A stretch of DNA of 16,927 bases from Octopus sinensis (GCF_006345805.1 NW_021825089.1:1-16927); one strand, 5' to 3'. Positions 1-10,116 are shown, counted from the stretch's first letter. Notes: a model not told the origin generated them from the sequence alone. A program made the numbers and translations.

Positions 1-291
1 GTAAATGTGCCTTGATTTGAATTTTTACCGTTTTAAAGTGTTTAAACCCTATTATCATGAATAATTTATATAGAATGCCGTGTTTAGTGAAATGAGGGTA
101 CGTTTTTATGTATGCATGCATTTATGCACATGTCGTTCTGGAAGCTTACCAATCGATTACGTTAATAAGTTAAACAGATCAATGGGGAAAATATTTAATT
201 AATTCAGTCGGATTCCTAACCTCCTTCTATCTTAATCAGTCATTAAAGCACATTAATTATGAGAGAAAAAAACAAAAACTGTCGTTAGAAT

Positions 292-590
292 TTAGATATT
301 ATGTGTCTGTATGTATTTGTATGCGCGTGTGTCCTCGCATGCACATTTATGCCTGCGTGTGTATATATTTATACATACAATCATATATATGCATATATAT
401 TCCCGTATAAGTCTACGCATGCATGTATATAACACGCATGTGTGTGTATAATTATATGTAAGTGTGTGTATGTGTGTGTATATATATGCAAATGTGTGTA
501 GGTGTATATATATATTTATATATATATATATATATATTAATCCATGTTTACGTATGTATACATACATACATATATACACAAGCGCGTGAG
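292..590. repeat. Degenerate (TA)n/(TG)n/(TATG)n microsatellite tract
   Basis: Alternating purine-pyrimidine simple repeats read directly from the sequence; these explain the Y/I/H/T/C/V/M-rich ORFs here. Confidence 0.9.
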
Positions 591-1141
591 CACACACGAG
601 TTAACCCGCTCATGTTATATGCAGCAGCTTTTACTGATGTTAGCCAGCCATAATGATTATTAAAATATAATGAAACAAGATGAAAATATAGAAATAAATG
701 CTAAGCCATATCTTACGTGCGGCAGCTGGCTTTCATTAACTCCATGTTCTACACACTGTTTTAATTTCCTTATGGACGTTATCATTAGAAATGAAGTTTT
801 AAATTCTTGTGGTTTTAGTAAGCGTCGGCGTATATAATTATAATTTTATGGTCAAAAGTGCCGTGGTGACTTCTGGTGGAAGTAGCAGTATTGTATGGAA
901 ATGCACTTCAAAGTAAGTTCTTTTATTTTATCCATTTCTACTTTTATGATGTCACATTAACGGAAAATTCTTATTACATTACGTTAGCTGAGAAAACATA
1001 ATTCGCTTACTGTACGGTTTAGTTGGTCTTGAAGTTACGTGTGTGTGAGTTGAAATATACATAAATGTGTGAAAGTAAATATCTATATATTTATACTTAA
1101 ATATTCATCCTCTGAAAGTCTTCTGTCTTTGCTTTCTTTTT

Positions 1142-1144
<3 letters not shown>

Positions 1145-1189
<45 letters not shown>

Positions 1190-1195
1190 ATATAT
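1145..1195. repeat. (TA)n microsatellite
   Basis: Near-perfect TA run of about 50 bp. Confidence 0.98.
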
Positions 1196-1196
1196 G

Positions 1197-1426
1197 TAAT
1201 CTGCTTTGCAGGAAGGATTGTTTCAACGAAGTCGCGTCTTGTCCTTGCCTTCGAAACGTGGATTAGTTGAAACAGGAACAACTGAAGAAGGGGAATATCC
1301 TGTATGCTGTATGTCTCGTTTCTCTGTTTATTTTTTTCGTTGTCCGAAAAAAAGTTCGTTTCTATGTTTTTGTTTTTATGTTTTCGGTTCTCATAGTGTT
1401 CAACGTTTTTTTGATGTCCTGTACCC
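1197..1426. mobile_element. Putative Penelope-like terminal (pseudo-LTR) fragment
   Basis: Sits between microsatellites. Carries TCGAAACGT and CTGAAGAAGG (hammerhead half-motifs) and a T-rich tail ending CCC followed by an AT-alternating tract, the same terminal layout as 11214-11403. The family assignment is inference. Confidence 0.35.
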
Positions 1427-1608
1427 ATATATGCATGTATATATACATATATATGTAGGTATGTACATATATGTATGTATATATGCATATATTTATATAT
1501 TATTTGCATTTTATATATATAGTTAGATAATAGAAAACATATGATAAAAAGAAGAACAATCTAAAGAATAGAGTAGTAATTATTACAGCAAAAATTTAAC
1601 ATCTTGGA

Positions 1609-1674
1609 CATAGAGTTACCCAAGCTTTCGCATCCGCAAAGCAAAGCCCTGTGAACAGCTCGTCAGACTATATA
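1609..1674 (-). ncRNA. Type I hammerhead ribozyme motif (PLE-type)
   Basis: Minus strand reads TATATAGT-CTGACGA-GC...GC-GAAA-GCTTGG-GTA-ACTCTATG. The CUGANGA core is at 1660-1666 and GAAA at 1626-1629. The GUA triplet (1617-1619) is followed immediately by the complement of stem I (7 of 8 pairs, one G-U). Stem III has one G:G mismatch. Confidence 0.6.
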
Positions 1675-2012
1675 AATACAAAATTGAAAATATCTACGTC
1701 GCAGTCGTGAGGAAATGCTCAGAACTTGAGGAATGCGTGTTAATAATAAAAAAAACCTTAACGAGGATGGGTTATCTCTCCTGTATCATAGGGAGGGAAA
1801 TACACCCTTGTAGGCCCGAAGAGGCCTAATTTACTTTTCAGTATAAATACAAAATTGAAAATATCTACGTCGCAGTCGTGAGGAAATGCTCAGAACTTGA
1901 GGAATGCGTGTTAACAATAAAAAAAACCTTAACGAGGATGGGTTATCTCTCCTGTATCATAGGGAGGGAAATACACCCTTGTAGGCCCGAAGAGGCCTAA
2001 TTTACTTTTCAG
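1671..2012. repeat. Tandem duplication, 2 x 171 bp
   Basis: 1671-1841 and 1842-2012 are identical except for one substitution (TTAATAAT vs TTAACAAT). There is a 2-bp TA microhomology at the junction. Confidence 0.98.
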
Positions 2013-2769
2013 TAAGTAGCGCTTGAAGAGGATGCATTTAGAAAACACTTCTTTACGGCTGTTTCTTTACGGCGCCAAGTTTCATATTTCGGCTCTCTCC
2101 GCGGTGCATCTCTTACATGCCTGGCACTAACACCTGGAAAAGGAAGCGCTTCAGAAATGTCATTTGGTTTGCTCCACCCTTCTCACTCAACGTCAAGTCT
2201 TGTGTGGGCAAGATTTTCCTTAGATTGATAGACAAACATTTCACTCACACACACATAGATACAGGCATTTATTTAACAGACACAACCTAAGAGTCTCCTT
2301 TAATTGTGCACCTAACATAAAAAAAATCAAATTAGCAAGTACTCACAATACAAGGGAGGAGGTAGGTTGCTCTTGCAGGGTACATAATAACTGTTTTGTA
2401 GGAGCCAGATACGAGGCTGAAGGGTCATCTATGAGTCTGTGGTGATACCTACTCCTGATTTTCGCAATAATAGTAATGCACCATCAAATAGCAATTTTAT
2501 TAGCAGATTAACCCGTTCTCACGCCAATACAATTGCCACGCCCAGAGATAATAACCAGTGCGGGTACCACCGCCACTATGCCTTCTACTTCCAAGTGATC
2601 CTCAATTTCTTTTGGTGGTCTTAGTTTCATCCCAACTCATGTGTCATTTCGTAATTGTGACGTATCTTTTTTGTGGTGGAAATAATTTGAATAAATTATG
2701 ATTTTATGTTGTACGTTTGTGGTCAACCTCTTGTTGCATGTTGTTATACATGCACATGTATCATACATA

Positions 2770-2784
2770 ATGTATATATATATA

Positions 2785-2822
<38 letters not shown>
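2770..2822. repeat. (TA)n microsatellite
   Basis: TA run read directly from the sequence. Confidence 0.95.
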
Positions 2823-2823
<1 letters not shown>

Positions 2824-2828
2824 TCATA

Positions 2829-3030
2829 CGATGGGGTGCCGATATGTTCATGGCTTTCGCTAAAAGAACACAGGAGGATCAGTTAATTCTGGTTTTAATC
2901 CAACATATTCCCATCTCAGATGTACACAGTTACTGCAGCAGCAAGCTGTGTACAAAATCTTGGAAGGTTGGGATTCCAACCAGGCCTTTTGCGGCACCCT
3001 TAAAGTCAGGAACTTTTCAGCACCATCTCG
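2829..3030 (-). mobile_element. Mariner-derived MITE, about 200 bp, full length
   Basis: 29-bp terminal inverted repeats (2829-2857 vs 3002-3030, 21/29 match), with TA at 2827-2828 on the left. The minus strand encodes CSNCVHLRWEYVG, which resembles the mariner transposase C-terminus (KCxxxxGxYxE-stop). Confidence 0.8.
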
Positions 3031-4143
3031 TGTATACACACACACACACACACATATATATCTATATATATATGTCCAAGGGGTGGGGGTTAAAAGAACC
3101 TTCGATCTCTGTTGCAGCTATTTTATTGTATTTTTCAGCCTCATTTACCTGGAACGGACTGTGAATGCTATTTGATTATCAATCACTCATTCAATCACAC
3201 TTACTAAATACGAATGAAGAAATCATCCAAGATATTAAAGATTTCTACTTGTAACGCGGTATTCAGTTCCATTTATAATATTAATCGGTTTACTTGACAG
3301 AATTATTCTTCTTAGTTTCACCTGCACATAAAAGAAAGATATATCTAACACATGTGATTTAAATATGAATATTTAAATAAATAAATTAAAAGTTTCTCTA
3401 AATTATTTCGGTGATGTAATTAATATAATGTTAGGATTTCAAAATCCTGCCGGCAGCTCAATTTTTCACATTAGTTGAACTATTCACTGTCAAGTTGTTC
3501 ACCCATGATAACAAAGTGATTTTTACAGAATCTTTAGGCACTTATACTTATTAATTGGCGATAACCAGATCCAACCGATTTTGTAAGCGGTGGAACCTAT
3601 TAAAACGTATAACTGAAGGCTATAGTTAGGTTATTCAAGTAGAAATATATATATATGAACATTGCATTTTCATTTTCTAATTTTCTAACTAAAAGTATAT
3701 GAAAGTTGAGAAAAAAGAAACGGCGATTTTCGTACTAAGTTTGTTATCAAGAATCTCGGTATCGTTCTTTTGTTTACACGTATACGTCGAATAAATGCGA
3801 TGGCAGATTGTATGTAATGAAGCATAAGTTCAAACCTGGTCCTAGCATTTCATTGTTTTTTGGCTGAACGATTTGTTTTTTCAAGACTAAATGTTATCAG
3901 TGTTCGATTGATACCCGTTCCAATTTTGGATCTCACTATCATCGAAATTACGCCCTTAACACAACTAGAACCGGATCCAAACAAATGGCCCATATCTACA
4001 GGACAAAAACATATTTCAGCACTTTACAATTAGTGTCATTCTAATGTGAGGGTTATAAGAGTATTATGAACCTCTCACATCTGGGACAGTGCTGTAACTG
4101 TACACAGATATCTGAAATAACACCAGCAAAAGATCCACGTGAC

Positions 4144-4409
4144 TTCTAGTGAGGAAGGAAGTTAGGGTCCTTCTTTTGTATGGCAATCAAGATTAGTGTG
4201 TGGAGGAGAGATCTGGTTCAAATGCTGGCAACATAATTCTGGTTTTATCCAACATATTCCCATCTCAGATGTACACAGTTACTGCAGCAGCTTTCAATTT
4301 TTCTAAGCTGTGTACAAAATCTTGGAAGGTTGGGATTCCAACCAGGCCTTTTGCGGCACCCTTAAAGTCAGGAACTTTTCAGCACCTTCTCGTGTATACA
4401 CACACACAC

Positions 4410-4442
<33 letters not shown>

Positions 4443-4523
4443 GTCCAAGGGGCGGGGGTTAAAAGAACCTTCGATCTCTGTTGCAACTATTTTATTGTAT
4501 TTTTCAGCCTCATTTACCTGGAA
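4144..4523. repeat. Composite local duplication: copy of 5111-5221 joined to copy of 2884-3154
   Basis: 4144-4233 matches 5111-5221 (21-bp deletion, 1 substitution). 4234-4523 matches 2884-3154 (13-bp indel, 1-bp indel, about 3 substitutions outside the microsatellite, microsatellite length change). Flanked by TGAC at 4140-4143 and 4524-4527. Confidence 0.95.
4234..4392 (-). mobile_element. Partial copy of the mariner-derived MITE (one TIR only)
   Basis: Part of the duplicated block. Right TIR AAAGTCAGGAACTTTTCAGCACCTTCTCG at 4364-4392; minus strand reads CSNCVHLRWEYVG-stop. Confidence 0.75.
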
Positions 4524-5104
4524 TGACATACCCTATAAGCAAACTGCCTCTTCTTACTTCGGTTATCGATCCTATAAAATCACCTCTGGCTAGACTCAAA
4601 CCATCTCCATTCAGATATTCCCGTCCCACTTGCCTTTCCTCCTCTTATATGCCATGCTGTCAAACTATGATTTTCTACTTTGTAGTAGGCCATCTTACTG
4701 TTGTTGCGAATGGGTGCTAAGGTATGTACCAGGTAATTTATTATTATTTCGGCTTCAGAGCAGAGATAAGTAATCTTTCCTGAAACGCGAAAATTTACAT
4801 ATTTTTAATCAGCTTGATGATCAGGTTAATTGCTCTAATAATCAACTTCAAATCGAAGTTCACCAATCATCCCTGTCTACTTCTTTAAAATGTCCTTAAC
4901 GTGAGATGACTGATGTGTGTAACAGACCATTCTAAATCATGTACTCTACAAGAGTATCTTATTTCATTTTAATTTTATCTTTTGTATGATTTGTAGAAAG
5001 TTGCGTACGACCGAATCAGCAACTTACACATAACTAATCCAGAAGTTCAGATATTTGTATTCTGTCATCTGGATTGTGTTGTCTCTTTCCTAAACTATTT
5101 CATA

Positions 5105-5830
5105 TTTAATTTCTAGTGAGGAAGGAAGTTAGGGTCCTTCTTTTGTATGGCAATCAAGATTAGTGTGTGGAAGAGAGGAAGGTACCTTCACACGACAGAT
5201 CTGGTTCAAATGCTGGCAACAGAGTGGATTCTGCTAAGGGCACCCAAAGTCCCAGGTAATGGTGTTAAACTAGGCACAGAATGCAGTTTTCCATTCAAGT
5301 AGGTATCGACAGGATCTAGTTGTACCTGCTTCAAAATTCTAGTGTTTTAAACCCATAATTTCACATCCGTACCACAGTTTGAAAACCTCTAATGTATTAT
5401 CTGTACTCAGTCCTACATACTTTATCCAACTCTCCTCTCTATGGCCTACTGTGTTTCCCACCATATATACTTAGAGTTAGACATTTTGTCCAAGTATTTG
5501 TGCGGCAAACTATGAGACTTCCCACTCCGTCTGTCTTCTCTCGGGAGGCATCAATGCCCATAAGTTAAATCTAAACACAGAGGTGGCGACAAAAGGCATT
5601 CACCACCGACCGGTGGAAAACTTCCTTCGGTATTTCTTTTCGTTCAATAAGACCGAATGTCAATCGTATCTTTACCTGCGGACATCGAGAACCTTTGTTA
5701 TGTGTCGTTGGCTGAATATCAACGTTTTTGACCTCACCAAACTGAAGAGGCTATGCAGGGTCTATAGGACCTTCCCCGCTTACATTGTCATTCTAGCATT
5801 TCTATATTAGTTTTAGACTTATTCCTGTAG
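5105..5830 (-). pseudogene. Decayed Penelope-like element ORF relic (linker plus GIY-YIG endonuclease)
   Basis: Manual minus-strand translation across stops and frameshifts gives collinear motifs: HNK(K)VL (about 5687-5702), LD(G)KCLT (5475-5493), YVGLS (5405-5419), FKLWYG (5366-5383), TTRSCRYLLEWK (5288-5323), ILIAIQKKDPNFL (5122-5160). The order matches PLE endonuclease domains. The core 5120-5495 is better supported than the outer boundary. Confidence 0.6.
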
Positions 5831-6048
5831 ATATGAAGTCCCTTTTGTCCCGGCACCGTATGTCAGTATGAATCATCGGCAGGTAGGAAATGAAATACGG
5901 GTCACGTGAGTTGCAATATCTGTCATCGAATCTAGTGAAATGACGACAACACGTCCAAGAGGCAGAAAACAAAGGAAAAGGAAAGAACATTGTGGGAAGA
6001 AGCGGATTATGGCAATCTGGGTGATTATGGTGATAAAAGGATAATGTG

Positions 6049-6113
6049 GAAGAAGAAGAAGAAGAAGAAGAAGAAGAAGAAGAAGAAGAAGAAGAAGAAG
6101 AAGAAGAAGAAGA
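6049..6113. repeat. (GAA)21 microsatellite
   Basis: Perfect GAA run; it explains the poly-K ORF at 5990-6220. Confidence 0.98.
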
Positions 6114-6811
6114 GCAGCGATGGCGTAATCAGCATTGGCACCGTTAAATTTATCTCTGTCTTATTCCAATGTACCATTTCGCCAAAGTTTAAGTCTGTGA
6201 AATTGTATTTCGGTTGTTGAATGTCTTATGTAGAATTGCTATCTGGCTGATGCATTTGTCTTGATCGGCTTAAATCTCGTTATCTTTCAAGACGTTGATC
6301 CGACTGTTTCGAAATCGTCTCCCGTGCCTACCGAGCTAAATTCTTCGATGACAGCCATATAGTTTAGTTAAGCTAAGATTCTATGTGAAGACAGATTTCA
6401 GAGAAACATTTCAAGTGCGTCAATTAAGACAGACAAGTTTTAGTTAACTTCCCATAAGCTTTTAGCTTGTTTCTTTAAATCAGATTTTCGTCTTGGTTTT
6501 ACTGCTTTCTACAGGTCATAAGTTCAATTCTATGAAAAAGTTTAAGCAGGTTATATTAAATTGTTGTGTTCAGATTGATGATTTTCTGGCAAGAGATTTG
6601 CTATTTCTTATCGCCAGGTAAGCCAACTGATACGATAAAGTTTAGCTATTTTTTTCTGAGTTTTGCTGAGTTTAAGGCTACCAACTATCACTTGAAATTC
6701 AGCAGATTAATACTGCTTTTTAGTATTGGAATTAATCCATAATATTCAGCATATAATTGGTACTTAGCTAGTTCGTCTGTAGCTGTTATTTAGTTGTTTA
6801 GATAATTTGTC

Positions 6812-6934
6812 TTCATCGACCCCAAAAGGATAAAAGGCAAAGTCGACCTCGACGGAATTTGAACTTAGGATATAAAGACAAACGAAATAACGCCAAATTT
6901 CGCCCGGCAGGCTAACAATTCTGTGAACCGCCGC
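6812..6934 (-). mobile_element. tRNA-derived SINE, 5-prime part (Octopus-type)
   Basis: Minus strand has a Pol III B-box-like GTTCAAATTCC (6854-6864) followed by GAGGTCGACTTTGCCTTT, which I recall from octopus SINEs. Related fragments occur at 6971-7004 and 12667-12707. Confidence 0.75.
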
Positions 6935-6970
6935 GTCCCTAGTGTCTACATCGAAATTAATAATTTAAGA

Positions 6971-7004
6971 GCGAAACCGATCTCAGTATGATTTGAACTC
7001 AGAA
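6971..7004 (-). mobile_element. Degenerate SINE head fragment
   Basis: ATTTGAACTCAGAA and its upstream bases resemble 6836-6869. Confidence 0.4.
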
Positions 7005-7380
7005 ACTCAATTGTTCCTGGCTAAACACTGAATGTTATAACATTTCTCGGAGAGACTAACTTTTAAAAAGTTACGCTTTTCATTAATTTTAAAATTGATG
7101 TATGGATATTTGTGCGTGTTTGTATGTATGTGCGTGTTTCACCAACCAACCAGCGAGCCAACCAGACAACATGCCATCAATTCATTCATCCATATATCCA
7201 TCTAGCCCTATATCTAATCAGGAAACCAACCAGGCAGACAAACCATTAAGTCTACCACATATATCCGCCATTTTGTCACGCTGTTCAGATTACGTATTTC
7301 TCTTCTCAAAGCTTTACAAACTATCAAAAGTAGCAACTACCAAACACAGAAAAAATATTAAAAAATAACACATAAAACTT

Positions 7381-7400
7381 TAATAATAATAATAATAATA
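7381..7400. repeat. (TAA)n microsatellite
   Basis: Short TAA run read directly from the sequence. Confidence 0.9.
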
Positions 7401-7844
7401 TTTCTCATTCTCCGTCTCCTTCCACCATAATTATCTTCTCTGTCATTAAGCTAAATTCTGGTGCCATAAATTATGATATATTCCATGTTTAATGCAAAAT
7501 CTCTTACACCACCACACGCACAAAAATCAAATCAAATGCCGAAATTGCATATCAGCTTTACATTTTACACATAAAATTTCACACTTCCTAACAAACAACG
7601 CTTCCTGTTACATTAATTATACTAAAACCTATGTCTGCGTGTGATGATATTTCGCCCATTACCATGCAGGGTCGTATGCTTGGATAGAAACTGCATTCAT
7701 CAGCGTCAATCAATTTACTTATCTCCATATTTATCTTGATAAATTTAAACCAACTGCATCTACGTTAATCTTACTGGACTCATTTGTCTCATCCATTTTA
7801 CTACATAGGACTTTAAAATTATGCAGGGAATGCACGTACATGTA

Positions 7845-7882
7845 TATATATTATATATATTATATATATATATATATATAAT

Positions 7883-7918
<36 letters not shown>

Positions 7919-8041
7919 ATATATATATATATATAAGTTATATATAATATATATACACACACACGAACATATGTATGCATATCTATATCTGTATGTATTT
8001 ATGTACGTATGTATATATGTATGTATGTATGTATGTATGTA
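7845..8041. repeat. Compound (TA)n/(TATG)n microsatellite
   Basis: Simple repeats read directly from the sequence. Confidence 0.95.
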
Positions 8042-8229
8042 GCCATTTATGTTTATGAGGGGAATCTGTTCGTGCTTCAAAAACGTGCGGTATAACATCT
8101 GAAGAGTCAGACAATATATTTTCTGACTGATCACGTGTATACCTCCGATTAATGATAAATGAACCGCCAGGTCATCCTCCAAGAAATAAAAAAAAATTCC
8201 ATGCACTTTTGTTTCATTTGTAAATATTT

Positions 8230-8297
8230 GTATCTATCTATCTATCTATCTATCTCTCTATATATATATATATTTGTTTCAGTCATCTTGTTTGCAG

Positions 8298-8372
<75 letters not shown>
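8230..8372. repeat. (TATC)n and (TA)n microsatellites
   Basis: Simple repeats read directly from the sequence. Confidence 0.9.
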
Positions 8373-8373
<1 letters not shown>

Positions 8374-8374
8374 T

Positions 8375-8492
8375 ATCACGTGATCACGTGACCGACCAGA
8401 CCATCAGATGTTGCTACACATCGCTGGTCACAACGCGTTCGCATTGTTCTAGCCGCTTCGAATGACGCCACCCCGCTGGCTAAGCGAGCAGG

Positions 8493-8496
<4 letters not shown>
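8375..8496 (-). mobile_element. 3-prime portion of an Octopus-type SINE (5-prime truncated)
   Basis: GC-richer island between two (TA)n arrays, ending in the repeated palindrome ATCACGTGATCACGTGA. The match to an octopus SINE tail is from memory and unverified. Confidence 0.55.
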
Positions 8497-8572
<76 letters not shown>

Positions 8573-8610
8573 CATATATGTGTGTGTGTTTGAATATATA
8601 TATATATATT
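8497..8610. repeat. (TA)n-dominated microsatellite
   Basis: Long TA run read directly from the sequence. Confidence 0.95.
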
Positions 8611-8616
8611 CATATA

Positions 8617-9243
8617 TGAAGGTCATCAATGAAGTGGGTGACCAAACATGCCTTTTGTCAGATCTACTGGCGGGTATCCAATGGGCGGGAAAGAATAATT
8701 TGCTGCTGAAAGAGGACAAACTTGAATTAATCCACTTCGGAAAAGAGGATACCTTGAAACTCCCATGGCCGCTTCCTTCAGGTGAAACTCTCATGACATC
8801 CGACAACACCAGAGACTTGGGAGTAATTGTGAACAAGAACATAAGCTGGGCCGCTCATGTAAACAGCAAAGCTGACATGGCTCGCAGAACGTGCACCTGG
8901 ATTCTCAGAACTTACCAGTCGAGAGATATCCGCACCGTTATCCTTCTCTTCTCTACTTTTGCCCGACTCCACTTTGAATAATGCTGTCCACCGTGGTCTC
9001 CCCACACGAAACAAAGAATAATGAAAATTGGAGCACTTCAAAGGTCAATTACAAAAAAAAAAAAAAAATAGTAGGCATCACAGGCCTTGATTATTGGGTT
9101 CGACTAGAAAAGCTCAAGCTTTATTCTCTCCAGCACCGCCGTGAGCGCTACATCATCTGCATGATATGGAAAATATTCCATCAGCATTGCCCAAGTGATA
9201 CACCTAAGATTTTGACCCCGTGCTATCCGCCAACAATACAAAT
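8617..9243 (+). pseudogene. CR1/L2-type (Jockey group) LINE reverse transcriptase C-terminal fragment
   Basis: Translation gives LLSDLLAGIQWAGKNN...RDLGVIV...WILRTY...LHFE*CCPPWSP...LQRSITKK/IVGITGLDYWVRLEKLKLYSLQHRRERY, the classic post-RT motifs of this group. Disabled by a TAA at 8979-8981 and a frameshift in the A16 run at 9053-9068. Confidence 0.92.
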
Positions 9244-9390
9244 GTATGTATGAATGTATGTATGTATGTATGCACGCACGTATGTATGCATGTATGTATG
9301 TATGTTTGTTTGTGCATGTAATGTGTGTGTCTATATACATGTACATATTCATGTAAAAGCTGTATATATATATATATATAAATGTGTGTA

Positions 9391-9423
<33 letters not shown>

Positions 9424-9460
9424 CAGAGAGAGAGAAAAAAGGGAGAGAGAGTGAAAGAGA
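9244..9460. repeat. Compound (TATG)n/(TA)n/(GA)n microsatellite
   Basis: Simple repeats read directly from the sequence. Confidence 0.9.
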
Positions 9461-9543
9461 GAACTGGAAAGGTTGGCCTTCGAACCAGGCCAATCGCGAA
9501 ACGCATGTACCCTTAAAGCCAGCAACTTTTCAGTACCTCATCA
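9461..9543 (-). mobile_element. Third, more diverged fragment of the mariner-derived MITE
   Basis: Shares the collinear blocks AACCAGGCC, ACCCTTAAAG and AACTTTTCAG with 2962-3030. Confidence 0.7.
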
Positions 9544-9679
9544 CATATGGGTAGATGAATGGATGGATAAATGTAAGAATGAATGGTATTGGTTATTTTG
9601 TGTAGATGGTGTATGTTTTCTTAATGGCGTGAGAGTTTCAGGAAAGGGAAAAATTCCAATCTGCAGCAGGTTTTATGCA

Positions 9680-9800
9680 TATATATATATATATATATAC
9701 ATACACATAAACTTATGTCAGTGTGTGTGTGTGTGTGTGTGGTGTGTGTGTGTGTGTGTGTTGTGTGTGTGTGTGTGTGTATGTGTGTATGCCTGTGTAT
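9680..9800. repeat. (TA)n/(TG)n microsatellite
   Basis: Simple repeats read directly from the sequence. Confidence 0.92.
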
Positions 9801-10116
9801 GCGTACTATTCCCAATCATAGTAATGTTGCGAGGTATTCGTGCTTCTTTGACGAGCTTCGGCTCAAGTTTCTCACCATTCTACAATTTATAAGCTCTCAC
9901 AGCTTCTCACGTACACGTTCCGCTTATACATGCCTATACAAGCATAAGTGCATATATACATATATATATATACATACATGCGTACATATATATATATATA
10001 TACATACACCTCTATATCTGGAATTGGAAACGAACATATATTGATGAATATTTCATCCATATTCACTTCTAATTTCTCCTGACAGAATGTATGTACGCTG
10101 GTATGAATATGTAAGC

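Noticed and set aside
1218-1350. Hammerhead half-motifs (CCTTCGAAACGT, CTGAAGAAGGGG) and a 9-bp inverted repeat TGTTTCAAC/GTTGAAACA
   Set aside because: I could not assemble a type I, II or III fold with a valid stem I and NUH triplet.
2860-3051. ILY...YVG in the minus-strand ORF looks like a GIY-YIG motif
   Set aside because: It lies between mariner-type TIRs and fits the transposase C-terminal tail better. The second copy has a 13-bp frame-breaking difference within the motif.
3213-3254. EEIIQDIKDFYL resembles a PLE RT motif (DIxxFY)
   Set aside because: Followed by a stop, with no supporting RT motifs on either side.
4989-5026. Loose hammerhead-like arrangement just downstream of the minus-strand PLE relic
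   Set aside because: Both core motifs would need multiple corrections, so the risk of over-fitting is too high.
2884-5221. A-x-B-A-y-B layout mimicking the split direct repeats of TOC1/PAT/Ngaro tyrosine-recombinase retroelements
   Set aside because: A begins inside a complete MITE and B ends inside a PLE ORF relic, so neither outer edge is an element terminus. No RT, RNase H or YR relic was seen in x.
5990-6220. Poly-lysine ORF
   Set aside because: It is the translation of a (GAA)21 microsatellite.
8099-8139. CTGAAGA followed by a perfect 6-bp hairpin GTCAGA/TCTGAC
   Set aside because: GAAA is absent (TGAT) and stem I does not pair; at best a heavily decayed hammerhead.
10086-10110. Plus-strand 25-bp micro-exon with good branch point, acceptor and GTAAGC donor
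   Set aside because: The sequence is made of degenerate TATG words, conflicts with the minus-strand candidate, and has no partner exon.
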